Of a DNA stretch of 64,000 bases, positions 13,401-25,300 are shown in pieces. A program made the translations under genes and the position numbers. Below the pieces are notes generated by a model. That model made no database searches, was not told the DNA's origin, and saw only the letters and a list, made by a program, of their open reading frames with translations. Numbering within the stretch: the first letter of the stretch is position 1; every line of letters begins with the position of its first letter. The stretch comes from Trichoplax adhaerens. Its lineage: Eukaryota > Animalia > Placozoa. The stretch spans positions 1,320,088 to 1,384,087 of the forward strand of contig NW_002060958.1 of assembly GCF_000150275.1 (NCBI RefSeq). The letters are read 5' to 3'.

Positions 13401-16400
13401 AATGAGATAATGTAATGTACGATCAATAAGTCAATTGCTTGAACCTCGTATCAAGGAACGATATCTGCACTACCAGGAACACTTTTGCTCTACTAGCAGA
13501 CTACTCAAAGACTTAGACGCCTCGTATTTTACGTCAAACACTAAGTTTAAGAATTAACTTTATTACACGATATACTGCATTTATACACTCTTTCTCAATA
13601 GTTCATGAATCACAGTTAGTACGATTATCTTTGGAATCATTCACTGAATATAACTATTAATTTCAGTATATGTATATATATCACTGTCATAAAAGTCAGT
13701 GCTACATTAAAACATAATATATCCAATTAAAAGTTAATTAAACTAGGATAGGCTAGCAAAATTATCCTAACATAGATATTTCTACTCCAAGACATTATAT
13801 AACACTGTCACAAATTTAAATTGTATTTTTTATGATAATCGAAACTAGCTGCCAGTTTTATCGAATTGCAGCATGAATAGTATACTTACTTAATATGTCG
13901 GTTAATTTACGAACTTACATAGTGTAATTCATAACAAAATTATGCTACCTAATGTTATTAAATTCTAATCGGAATAAAATAGTCGAGTTTACTATCTACC
14001 AGGGTATTAAGTAAAATCTAATATAATTAAACCCAATTAGGTTATTTTTGAAGCTGCAATACTTATTTAAATATAAAAAATTGAAGGAAAATTCTAAAAA
14101 TTAACCTTCCTTGCACATGACAGTTAGCATACTTTTATAATTTCTTATTCTTTGGATGAATTTCTTTTGTAGGGCATATAGTATCGGGATTTATATCTCA
14201 ATGCTATTTACAACATTAAAAACGATCCTTAAAGTATCTTTAACTATGGCACTTTTTCTTCTGGCTTTTTCTGTTGCATTCTACATGTTATTAACCGATA
14301 TGGTAATAATCTTAGTTACACCATAGAGGATAATAAGAATATACATTGGCATAATATGACTATAAATCCACTAATATGATGTTTCATATCTTCATCGCTT
14401 GTAGCCTATGTTTTCGAGTGTAGAATATGGCATATTTCGTATCATGACCATGGTTGCTGGAGATATCAGCTATAGCGAAATATTTGACCATCTATATTCT
14501 AATCAAAGGAAGCAAGGGTTGTGGGTGGTATTTATAGTCTTGACCGGTGTTGTTATCTTCATTAACGTGGCTTTCGCTAATCTGCTGGTAAATTCTTTTA
14601 TTTGACACACTAATTTAAGTTTTTAAGTAAATTATTACATAATCTGTTATATGTAAAGAATTCCATAGCTGGTATAAATTTTAAATATTTAACGTATAAA
14701 ACGAGACTACTTAATTATAAGAGGTTACTTGGCTTAATATAACCCAGCCAATGTCAATACTAAATTATGAAATTCTATCACAGTATTTAAATTCTTTACG
14801 ATATTGAATTTCGATACGAAAGTAGTCATTTTATCTAAAGATACGCATATTTAATCAATGCCAACTTTGCAATTGCCAACATTGAAAGAGCTAAATAAAC
14901 TAAAAAAATTTACAGGGATACAGGATAGGATGATAAAATTTTACAATTGGGAAAATTTTCCTATCTAGATATTTGTAAATATTTACTCCATAGCATACAC
15001 CCTGGTTAAATTAACTGAATCTCTTTTGTTTGGTATAAAATTTTTTAAAGAAAAAAATTTCTGTATGTCTGTTTGCACAAAAATCATAAAAATTACTCGT
15101 CCACTCTGTGTATAGCGATTGAGGCATTAAGTATCTCCTCTTCGTGGAGCAAGTTAGTTACTACCAACGTATTGCAAAATTAAGTTACAGTTTTTGTAGA
15201 TTATTGTACTATTTCTTGTCACAGTAATCTACTGCGTGTTTTTTGGACCGACGGACTTTTACTCTAATTTTAAGCAAATAAATGATATGATGAATCTATC
15301 GACAGCTTCGCTGTTGGCGTCGATACAAATACATTTTGCTGTTATTGTAACATGTAAGCTTATATATTATTTTATATTACTAGTTGCATTACTTATGCAA
15401 AACTGATACTGTACGCCATGTTAATAGTCAAGCTTGATTGTTTTCTTTATAATTCTGAATCTAATATTATCAAAGTATACAAAGTTAGCGATTGTTATTT
15501 CATGGAAGAAATACCGAAACTTAAATCAGGGACTGTTAATACTGTAAATCATAACAAGCTTACTTGAGTATTTTTTTATTTTGCAATTTAAATGTTATGA
15601 AATCTAAATTCAAATCGATGTAAATTTCTTAAAGTTGAGAGACTTGCAGTAATAGTATAAGTTTACTGCCCGGAATTGAGGTTGTCACTAACGTTACGGA
15701 ACCTGTAATTATAGTGTATATTATCTATGACTTGATAATGCATTGGATTAATGGATTTAATTTGATTATATTTAGGTAGGTCTAGCTGTCGGAGATATAG
15801 CTAAAATTAGAAAAAGTGCAGATTTGGCGCTCATTAAACTTGATCTTGAAGCCATAATCGATTTACAAAATTATCGCTTCCCAGCATGGATACAAAAGCG
15901 ATTATACAAGCCATCTCTCGTTATCCAGATTGATAAGGATTCAGGATACTTTAAACGGGTATCCCTCTTTAATAAAATAACTATGTGTTAATTTAATCCT
16001 TTTACAATTTATATTTACTTTATACAGAAAATTCAGTAAGTTTTTAAGCGTGATTGTATTTGTATTATTTTCGAACGTATTGATTGCAATAGAGGGAATG
16101 GTCTCAACTAACGACCAAGTTAAAGCCTTATCTTCCTAACTATGAACACGTCGATGGCGATACTAATTCAGGTTCTATGCAGCATGAAGTTACTAGACAG
16201 CAGTTAGAGTGAGTTTTAGCATTTAACTTTATGAAACAATCTATTATTACTTATTTCTAATTTAATAGACGTTGATTGAAATTTTTAACGAATCATTATA
16301 TGATTCATCATATACAATAGCATAAATTTCTCTTATCAGTATTGCCTTGCAAATTATTTTGACTTTTAGTCTGCAAGATTTACGACACCAAGTTCAAGAG

Positions 16401-16523
16401 ATTAAGTCCGATATATCCAATAAATATGACTTACTACTGACTGCTAAGTCAGACATATCCAATAAATTTGCCTTACTTGACATTAAAATAAATAAACTGC
16501 TTGCTGCTCATGAAATACAGTAA
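4492..16523 (+). CDS. TRPA1: TRPA1-like cation channel, copy A (~25 exons, ~16-17 ankyrin repeats, 6 TM segments, TRP-like helix, C-terminal coiled coil)
   Basis: Spliced exons give serial ankyrin repeats (TLMHYAAQY, SPLHLAAQY, TPIHIAAKN, TPLHLACSY etc.), pre-S1 LMMHPVVTAYRHFKW, pore TMVAGDISY (human MMLGDINY) and S6/TRP-like NLLVGLAVGDIAKIR. Stop TAA at 16521-16523. GT-AG introns keep frame where checked; the N gap (12531-12637) is intronic. Confidence 0.9.
7366..7840. mobile_element. Solo LTR in TRPA copy A intron
   Basis: TGTTGTAATT...AATTACAATA (10-bp inverted termini, 1 mismatch). Perfect 5-bp TSD GTTAT (7361-7365 / 7841-7845). Absent from the paralogous intron in copy B (~23218). Confidence 0.8.
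9369..9485 (-). mobile_element. Truncated Helitron-like 3' end
   Basis: On the - strand, hairpin CCGTCAGC-AAA-GCGACGG is followed 9 nt later by CTAG|T. Copy B has an A|T junction at the equivalent site (24748/24749). No 5' TC end found. Confidence 0.45.
10086..10592. mobile_element. Solo LTR in TRPA copy A intron
   Basis: TGTTAC...GTAACA perfect inverted termini. Perfect TSD CTGCT (10081-10085 / 10593-10597). Empty site with a single CTGCT in copy B (25421). Confidence 0.9.
12531..12637. other. Assembly gap (107 N)
   Basis: Run of N inside an intron of TRPA copy A; its flanks align to the continuous intron of copy B. Confidence 0.99.
13382..13812 (-). mobile_element. Solo LTR, same family as 20450-21083, inverted and internally deleted
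   Basis: TGTCACA...TGTCACA termini with perfect TSD AATTT. Reverse complement aligns to 20450-21083 except for ~200 bp missing. Nested inside a larger copy-A-specific intronic segment (~12820-14120). Confidence 0.9.
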
Positions 16524-19374
16524 TGATTAACATTAGCTATCTAGTTAGGTATAATAAATTTTATTAAAAGCAAATAAAATCTACACTAATCGACCATTCA
16601 AGCATTAAGTGTAGCATCTTAAACACTTATAAATCTTTTACGTGTGAATTTATTTATATAAACCCTATTTCATGTGTAATCAAGATTAATTTCAGAGTTC
16701 TTTTTTAAAATTTAAATTGCAATAAATTTTATAGATTTTTAAAATGAACCAGTTTGGCTTAATCACAATACATTTTAATTAATATCAAAGTATCGTATAT
16801 TGTGAACTCAGCTACTTTACTTGGGATAAAAGTTAGAAATATTAGGTAGCATAAATTTGTTAAGAATTATGCGATGTAAAATCCTAATTTAATTAAGCGT
16901 TGTATTTACTTGCTTTAATATTCATGCTTTAGTTATTACAGAGCTGATAGCTAATTTAATGATAAATAAATGTTCTGATCTGGGTTCTAATTTAAGGTTG
17001 TTGTTCTATCTTAGCAAATTTTTATGGTTCTATTCTGCATACCTTAGAAAGAAACAATTTGTAGTTAGATTATGATTATTATTGATTTAGTAATTTCGGG
17101 AACCTAGGATAAACTTTATCTTATTATATATGACTGCTAGTTCAATTTAGATTACTCTAGAACGATAAGTTGATAATTTGGTACTATCAACAGCTCCGCG
17201 TAGCATATTGAGGAAGTATAGCTCAGCAGTTTTAGCGCAGTAAAGTAAGAAGGTATAGGTTAGAATATTCCTAAAATTGTGACTAAATTCAATTTTTGAT
17301 GATTTGATTGGTTAAGGTATTAGATCTGCCCTTTTATAACTCTTTTAAGTGATTCTTAAGATTATTGTTAGCAATTAAAAGTAACCTACTATTTTGAAAA
17401 TCTACACTTAACTTAAATTGCAATTCAATCTAGTTAATTATAATAATTTTTTGTCTATTGTTACTCGTAATACTATAAATAGTGTCTTCTCAAAAATAAT
17501 CATATCTTACTAATCTAGTAGTAAGGTCAGTTCTAAATTTGCTGTCGAGCCATTTATTCATAATTCTGGCTTATATTAATTAAAGTATCACAATACAAAT
17601 CTTAATGTAATAACGTATTTAGCGCGAACTGTATCTCGAAATCTTTATATAAATCTCTCAATATAGGCACTTAGATAATCTACAATCTACCATATAAGCT
17701 TGACTAGAAATTCTCGTTATAATTTTACAATCGTAATCTTGAATTAAATTGGGACTGTACTACAAATTCTTTCTATAATTTAGTAGTTTGCTCCATAATG
17801 AATACATCATTTAATATTATACATTTTAGTACTTTTAATAGGCCAGCGCTGCCATTTCGATTATGGACTGCATTCAGAAACTTAATTTATATTAAAATGT
17901 ATGTTACATTCTAATCTGCGAGCTTATGGTATAATCAGATATGACTTCGTAAAGACAGTCATTATAATTAAAGTACTGTATAAAATCTACGTTTTCGTGA
18001 ATGAAATTTATGGTCAATCTATTATAAGATTTTATTTATACTTTTAATATATAATTTTAAAAGCCTTTAAGTAACTCTTCGGATTATAATTTGATGATTT
18101 AGTTTGGGATAAAATACATATCGATTTCGGAACGTTTGAAATCAGTTGATTAATTTCTAGTATTTAAATTTGAAGTTGTAAACATGCTTATACTGTAGAC
18201 AGCGATTAATAAAAGCAGGCCTGCACTGTTTCTAAATCGTTTTATTACAGATATTCTATTCAAAATAACCTATAAAATACTAATACTTTTGCACTTTTCT
18301 GTTAATTAAAATATAATTTTAATCAATTTAAACGGTAATTGCGGACTCTATTTTAGATTAACATTTCGATAGTAACTCAGCGTATGCCGTTATATTGGAA
18401 CTAAATTAAGGTACTGCTTTTTTATGAAGAGCTGCTAGGAGCCAACAATTTATCTTTCGTGCGAGCGTCAATGCTATATGGTGCCTTACCGAAGTAATTC
18501 AATTAGTATCGGCTGGATAATATTAACGATGGAATAACCTTTCATGACATAGCTCTGACTTGTATAGTATAATTCAATAAGAAATCATGACCTTTCCGTC
18601 ATCATATGAATACAATAGGCTAATTATAAGGTTACTATTATTCAAGTATATTTGTTGACTCCATGTTTTATTCACAAATAATTACTAATTCTATAGCTAA
18701 TTTAAATTAGATGCCCATTATTAATGCAGTCAGTAATGATTGACTGTCATGTTATCCTAATTACCGCAGCCATCTTAATAGTTTTCTTGACCAATTGCTG
18801 TTCAGTAGGATTAATAAAAATTGATCATGGCTTATAAAGCGGTGTTGGAAAGCTACACTAGACGTCTGTAATTAATATTTAATAATCTATAGTATAGTTG
18901 TAGCATAAAGAAAGGAAAAATTTTCGACATATTGCAAATAATTGATGAATATAAAATTGATTCTATTAGTCGTTGGAAATAATCCCCCTGTCGTAAAGCA
19001 TTTGAAAAACTGGATTGCAATAAGTCAAGAAGTTCTCGGTAATTATTATTCGCTTAAGATTTAAAGTTTTTCACTTAGAGATAAGTTACATAATATTTTT
19101 ATGTAATAGTAGCTTTTATAACAGTTGATCATTCTATTGGAAACTATTAAATTAGATAGATGTTACGGCAACTTTGAATACCATTAAACAAAGCTAGCTA
19201 ACCATTAATCAGCTTTCTGTTTACTACTATAAAGGATCGAAAAAATTTAATTTTCTTTCTTTGAATTAGCAGAAGGCTAGTTTAAGATGGCTGCTGTTTG
19301 AGAAAAATACTGATATTATAACGTTTAATATCGGAAAATAATTGTTAACAAGATCGTGGAGATACAAATTTAGT

Positions 19375-22300
19375 ATGGATTCTAGCAATATCGATGAAGT
19401 AGAACATGAAAATGACTCTAATGTCAATAATATAGTAGAGTTGGTTGTACCTAAGCAAATAACGCCACTTGCTTCGGCAATCTTAACCGAAAAGAAAACT
19501 GATCATGTCAAACCGTTAAGTAAAGGTAGCATCAACATTACTTATACAGGTAGCTGCACTAAAAGTTCACGATTATACTCGAACTGGACAAAAAAGCGAT
19601 CAAGGAAAAAGAGTGGAATTCATGATATTCAAGATACGCTAGGCAAAATTGTAGGTGTTGGATTAGCTACGGTGGTCGGCAAGAGCTTTCGAGATATCTA
19701 CGAGGTCTACAGGATAATATCTTACTATTACATTTATCTATTTTTCTATCTGAATAACTCATATTCGTAATCAATACTCGTACGTTCATTTTAGTCTTAA
19801 TTAACGGGAATAATAGATCAAAATGAAAAAATAATCTCAAATCAATTGCGATTTACGTACCATCTTAAATGAAAGTCAATTGTTCAGTAGGCAATCAAAA
19901 TCAGTTTTAATAAGTTAAGTTGCTCTAATACATTCTATTTACTACTATTACAAGTAGAGTTAATACATAATATCCTGAAGTCAATTTCAGTTTTATTCGT
20001 CCAGCAAGAGCTATCATACAGAGTCATAATAGATAGAAGTTATCCTGATACTTTTCTTTGTTTCAACGTAGAAAATTTATCCTCTATCTTTCCATATTAA
20101 ACAATAATTAGATTAGAAGGCAAAGTGTAGTACTTTATAATAGCTTTCAGTCGCAATCGAAATTTCATCAGTATTCACAAGGCTTTATCGTTGACTATTT
20201 TTCCATATAGTATCTTAATGGTGAATAGTAAATGTTTTAATCTCGAACTGGAACATACAGGTTCCTTTAAATATTCTTGATTAGAATTCGCGATTTTATA
20301 ATATATTATCTTTACTATAAGAAGCCTGCAATATTTAATAGTTTTGGATCACACACCAAAGTACTACTAACGTCTACAATCGCCAGCTATAACGGACTAT
20401 AAATTACTATAACTATATGATGAAGGCCTTAAGATTTGACAAAGGAATGTGTAACAGTGTTATATACTGTATTAGAGTAGAAATATCTATGTTAGGATAA
20501 TTCTGCTAGCCTATCCTAATTTAGTTAACTTCTAATTTGGATATACTGTGCTTTAATATAGCATTGACTTTTTATGACAGTGACACATGTACATATACTG
20601 AAATTAATAGTTATACTAGGGAACGCAAATCATCTACCTACAGTTCGAATCATTGCGATTGTAACTTACTTATGATAGATTGTAAATTATCGTGGAAATA
20701 AATATTCCGTGATAGGACATATCGTAATCTGACTATTATGTATTAGTCATCAGATATCTATATTCATAAATACTGTTGTCTGCATTAAGGGAACAGTAGC
20801 TATAATTAATATCTAATTCAGTAAACAATTCCAAAGTTAATCGTACTAACTATTACTCATGAACTATTGAGGAATAGTATATAAATGCAGTATATCGTGT
20901 AATAAAGAGGATTCTCAAACTTAGTGTTTAACGTAAAATACGAGGCGACTAAGTCTTTGTGTAGTTTGCTAGCAGAGCAAAAGTGTTTCTGATAGTGCAG
21001 ATATCGTTCCTTGATACGTGGTTCAAGGAATGGACTTATTGATCGTACATTACGTTATCTTGTTGTAAAGCTGTTTTGTGACAGAGTGTTATTCCACAGT
21101 TTTGATCTACCCACATAGAAATTCTGATGCAATATTTTACGATAAAATATTGTACTATGGAAAAGATAGCTAGATGAATTATCTCTTCTTCTTAATATAA
21201 AATGCTTAGTGTAAATAAATATTATAATTAAATTAAACGTAAGTCTTCTATTAGTATAATATCTCTCTTTTTGACTTTGATTTAGGTTGCTCGACTTGGT
21301 CTTGTTCAGGAGCTCATTGAACTACTTGAAATTTCTTACTATCGTGATAGAATCAATTATCAAGATAAGGAAAATTGGACTTTGATGCATTATGCAGCTC
21401 AATATAATCATGTGTCAGTTATTCAGACACTTCTTCAATACGGAGCAGGTAAAATATTTAATTTGACAGAGAAAGGAATAAATCTACTTTCAGTTTAGTT
21501 GTTTATTGAACTAGATTTGCTAGTAATACAAGAAGAAACTTCCTTGTTACATGTCTATAACTTTAAAATACAACATCAGTGAAATTGTAGACTTATTTCT
21601 TTTCTTATGTAGACATTAATTGTAAAGGAGGTCGCGATTCTTCCAGTCCTTTGCATTTAGCAGCACAATATGATGCAGTTAATGCCACAGCAACGCTTTT
21701 ACAGTATAATGCCATTATTGATATTGAAGATGGAAATAAAAGTACTCCATTACATCGATCTTGTCAACAAGATCATCCTAAAGTTATTAAAGTAGGTTCG
21801 GCATTGACAAGATGGAAGTAAGGTTACGTTAAGTAAATCAGTATATAGCGTTATTTACAAATATCTTGTGAAATATGCCATTCAGCGTAATAGATAAGTT
21901 AGAAAATGTCGAGTGGAAACAATTGACTAATTAGAGGGCAAATAATGTATTTACTTAAAGTAGAGTATCATTGAGGTTATATATTTATGTGTAAGCACGT
22001 TTTGCAACCGATACCATCAAAATTGACTCGTTATAACATACTGTATGAGACTCTTAACTTCGATATAACTCGTAGAATTGTAAAATTGGTTTAGAGGTAT
22101 TAAAATCTGGAAATATCGTTATCCACTTATCCGCAACTCTAGGACGAATAAATGTATTTAACACCTATTCAGGCGTTATTTAGTACCTTTAAAAATATTC
22201 CGTATAGATGTACAATTCGGCTATATGCTATATAAAAATCTCTCATTGTGTCATTGTACCGTAGTAGTTTGCGATAAAAATATATATTTTCTTAATTCAT

Positions 22301-25300
22301 AGTTAATTCTGATGGAAGCACAGCGACAAAGTAAAGCAAAATTTATAGTTAATTATCCCGATTTTGAAAAAACGACTCCATTACACAGAATAGCGTTTTA
22401 CGGGAGTCGAAATTCTTGTCAAATCCTGGTTAGTAGATATTACTTGGTGTGATTGTAATAATGAATAATTTATTAAATTTTGTTACAAATTTAAACTATG
22501 AATTTATGATATCCTATTGATGATGAAGAATTTATAATACTGATTTCCTCCAATAATTTAGATAGAGTATGGTGCTGATATTCACTTAGAAGATATCTCT
22601 GGTAAAACAGCAATTCATATCGCGGCTCTATTTAAAAATATTGAAGTTGCTCAACTCCTAATGGAATATGGTAGTGCCTCATAGAACTTAATTATCGACT
22701 TCATCCTATGTATCATAAATTACTATTCTTTATGAACTATTTCATGCACTATATAGCGAAGGCTGGTTAATACTGTATGAATTATAAACTTATATTTGGG
22801 CTCGTTTCGAGTTATTATTAGTATCATAATGTGAATTCCAAATTTTACTGTAATTAATCTTACTGTAGTGGAGAAATCAGGACAACAGAATCTTATGAAA
22901 GAGCTGGATAATAATGGCTTCACTCCGTTTCATATAGCTGTGTCTTCAGGATGCATAGAGGTAATAACTTGATAATCTTTAATTTTCTACATTAAGTATA
23001 AATTAATAATAGAGATTAAAACTATAGTTAAGTACCTTATCTGTGTAAATCACTAATAATATCTAACATTTGATTCTTTCTTATAAATTTTTTAAAATAG
23101 CTAACGGACTTATTCTTTAATAACAACACTTTTGTTGAAGAGCAAACGGTTAGTCCATGGTTGCTAATTATTTAAAATTTTATTTGAATGATATACATTG
23201 CGTACCGTACTATTACGTGTTATTTAATATTCATATTATATTAGATATGAAATTGATCACTAAGATAAATAATGCAACCTTAATAAATCGCATTTAAGAT
23301 ATTTTGAAGTTAACATTATCTATAAAGAACAAAGCATTTGAAATCAAACTACTCAAACTAACTGATAAATCGATAATAGGAGGTCAAATATCTCAGTTGA
23401 TTGATATATTCATATTAGTTCCATCATGCTATCGTTAACTGAATTTACGCATTTTATGTTGTTGTTTTAGAGCCAGATGCTAACTCCTATCCATATAGCT
23501 GCCAAAAACGGATTTTGTGATATAGCTGAATTACTCATTAAACATCACTGTAACGTCAATGCTACGGATAATTTAGGAAAGACAGCTCTACACCATGCAG
23601 CAACTAGCAATGATAGTAAAATGATAGAAATCATTCTAGAAAATGTAAGTTTAAATACACGGTAGAAAAACCAAATATACCTTCTTGACCAGATACTCAG
23701 GGATAATATTCGTATCTTACTCGATATTCTGACATGATATTTATTATTTATTAAATATTCTTTGTAAGAGCGGAGAACTTGAAGCAGTTGACAAAAATGA
23801 GATGACTCCGCTGCTGCTCGCGGCCTATCGTGGTCGTAAGAAATCTGTAAAGTGTTTGTTAGATCATTATGCGAACATCTTAGCTCAGGATCTTTGCGGT
23901 AGAACAGCTATGCATTTGGTTGCACATCAACAAAATACGGCTATCTTAAAGTTAATTATGGAGGTAATGGTAAAAATTTCAGCTAGAACATATCATTCTG
24001 TATTGATTACAATTATCTATTGCGTTGGTTTAGAGTAACGGTGAACAGTTAATCCATCTTCCTGACAAGAATGGCGTAACACCTCTCTTTATTGCAGCAG
24101 AGCAGGGTTCCGTTGCAGTACGTAAATGATTTATCATTATAACATATTGACAATAAATCGCTATTTCGATAATATTTTACGATATATGATACCTGATGTT
24201 AAAGATGTAGATAGAATTCGTTTTAATTAAAGTTACTGTCGTAGATTCACATTTATATAGCATGTTACAGGTGCTGTAATCGCTATAAATAAATAAATGA
24301 TACTATATAAATATTATTTTGATAGTGAATTAGCATATTCCGAAGCTATCTCACGAAGATTTGTCTTAGATGGGAATTTTATTCTTACATAAAGCTCGGA
24401 TATTCTACTATTTCTCTAGACGCTTAAAGAATTATGGGCAAAATCTCCGAAAGCTGATGTTCAAGATCAGTATAAAAATACAATACTCCATGTTGCGGCT
24501 AAGAATAACCATCGCGATACGGTTTGGTATATACTAAAATGTATAAGCCAAGATATTAACGCTAGAAATAATTTCGGCCAAAGACCAATCCATTTGGCCG
24601 CTAAATATGGCCATTATAGGATTATCGTTTTATTAAGTGATGCAGGATCAGAACTTAACGATAGGTATGCATTTAGATACTTCTACATTTATTATAGTCT
24701 GGAGAATGATGGTTTTAGAACGTCAATATTGTATGTTTAGAATGAATTTCGGATGTAGTAAGATATGTAGCTATTATTCGTCTTGATGTGCTACAATAGT
24801 TCAATGTTAATGAAATCTATCATGCTAAATTCAGTTAAATATCAGACATACTAGCTGTAGCTATTGGTTGCTTATTTTTTTCACTGTAGTATTTTCTTTC
24901 GTCTAAAAATGGTAGGGATAGTTTTTCTCATTCGTCCCTACATTACTGTGTGCAAGGCGGCCATTTAGCTTCGACCAAGTTACTACTTGAAAAAGAAGTC
25001 GAAATTAACATTACAGACAAGAACGGTGTAAGCTGGTGTTTATTTTGTCAGCTTTAGTAAGATATTTACGTTGTCTAATAATGATTTATCATCATAACGT
25101 AATAATTTTCCTTTTACTGTCTATATAAAAAATTGTATCAGAATACTCCTTTACATTTGGCTTGTTCTTACGGTTATTCTGATCTTGCGAAACTTCTTCT
25201 TGAACATGGAGCCGATCCTACTTTAACTAATTGTTATGGACAAAATTGCCTTGATGTATCTATTGATAGCGATCAAGTAGAGATTAGTTCTATAATAATT

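Noticed and set aside
17060-17480. LTR-like composition between the TRPA copies
   Set aside because: No matching terminus or TSD found.
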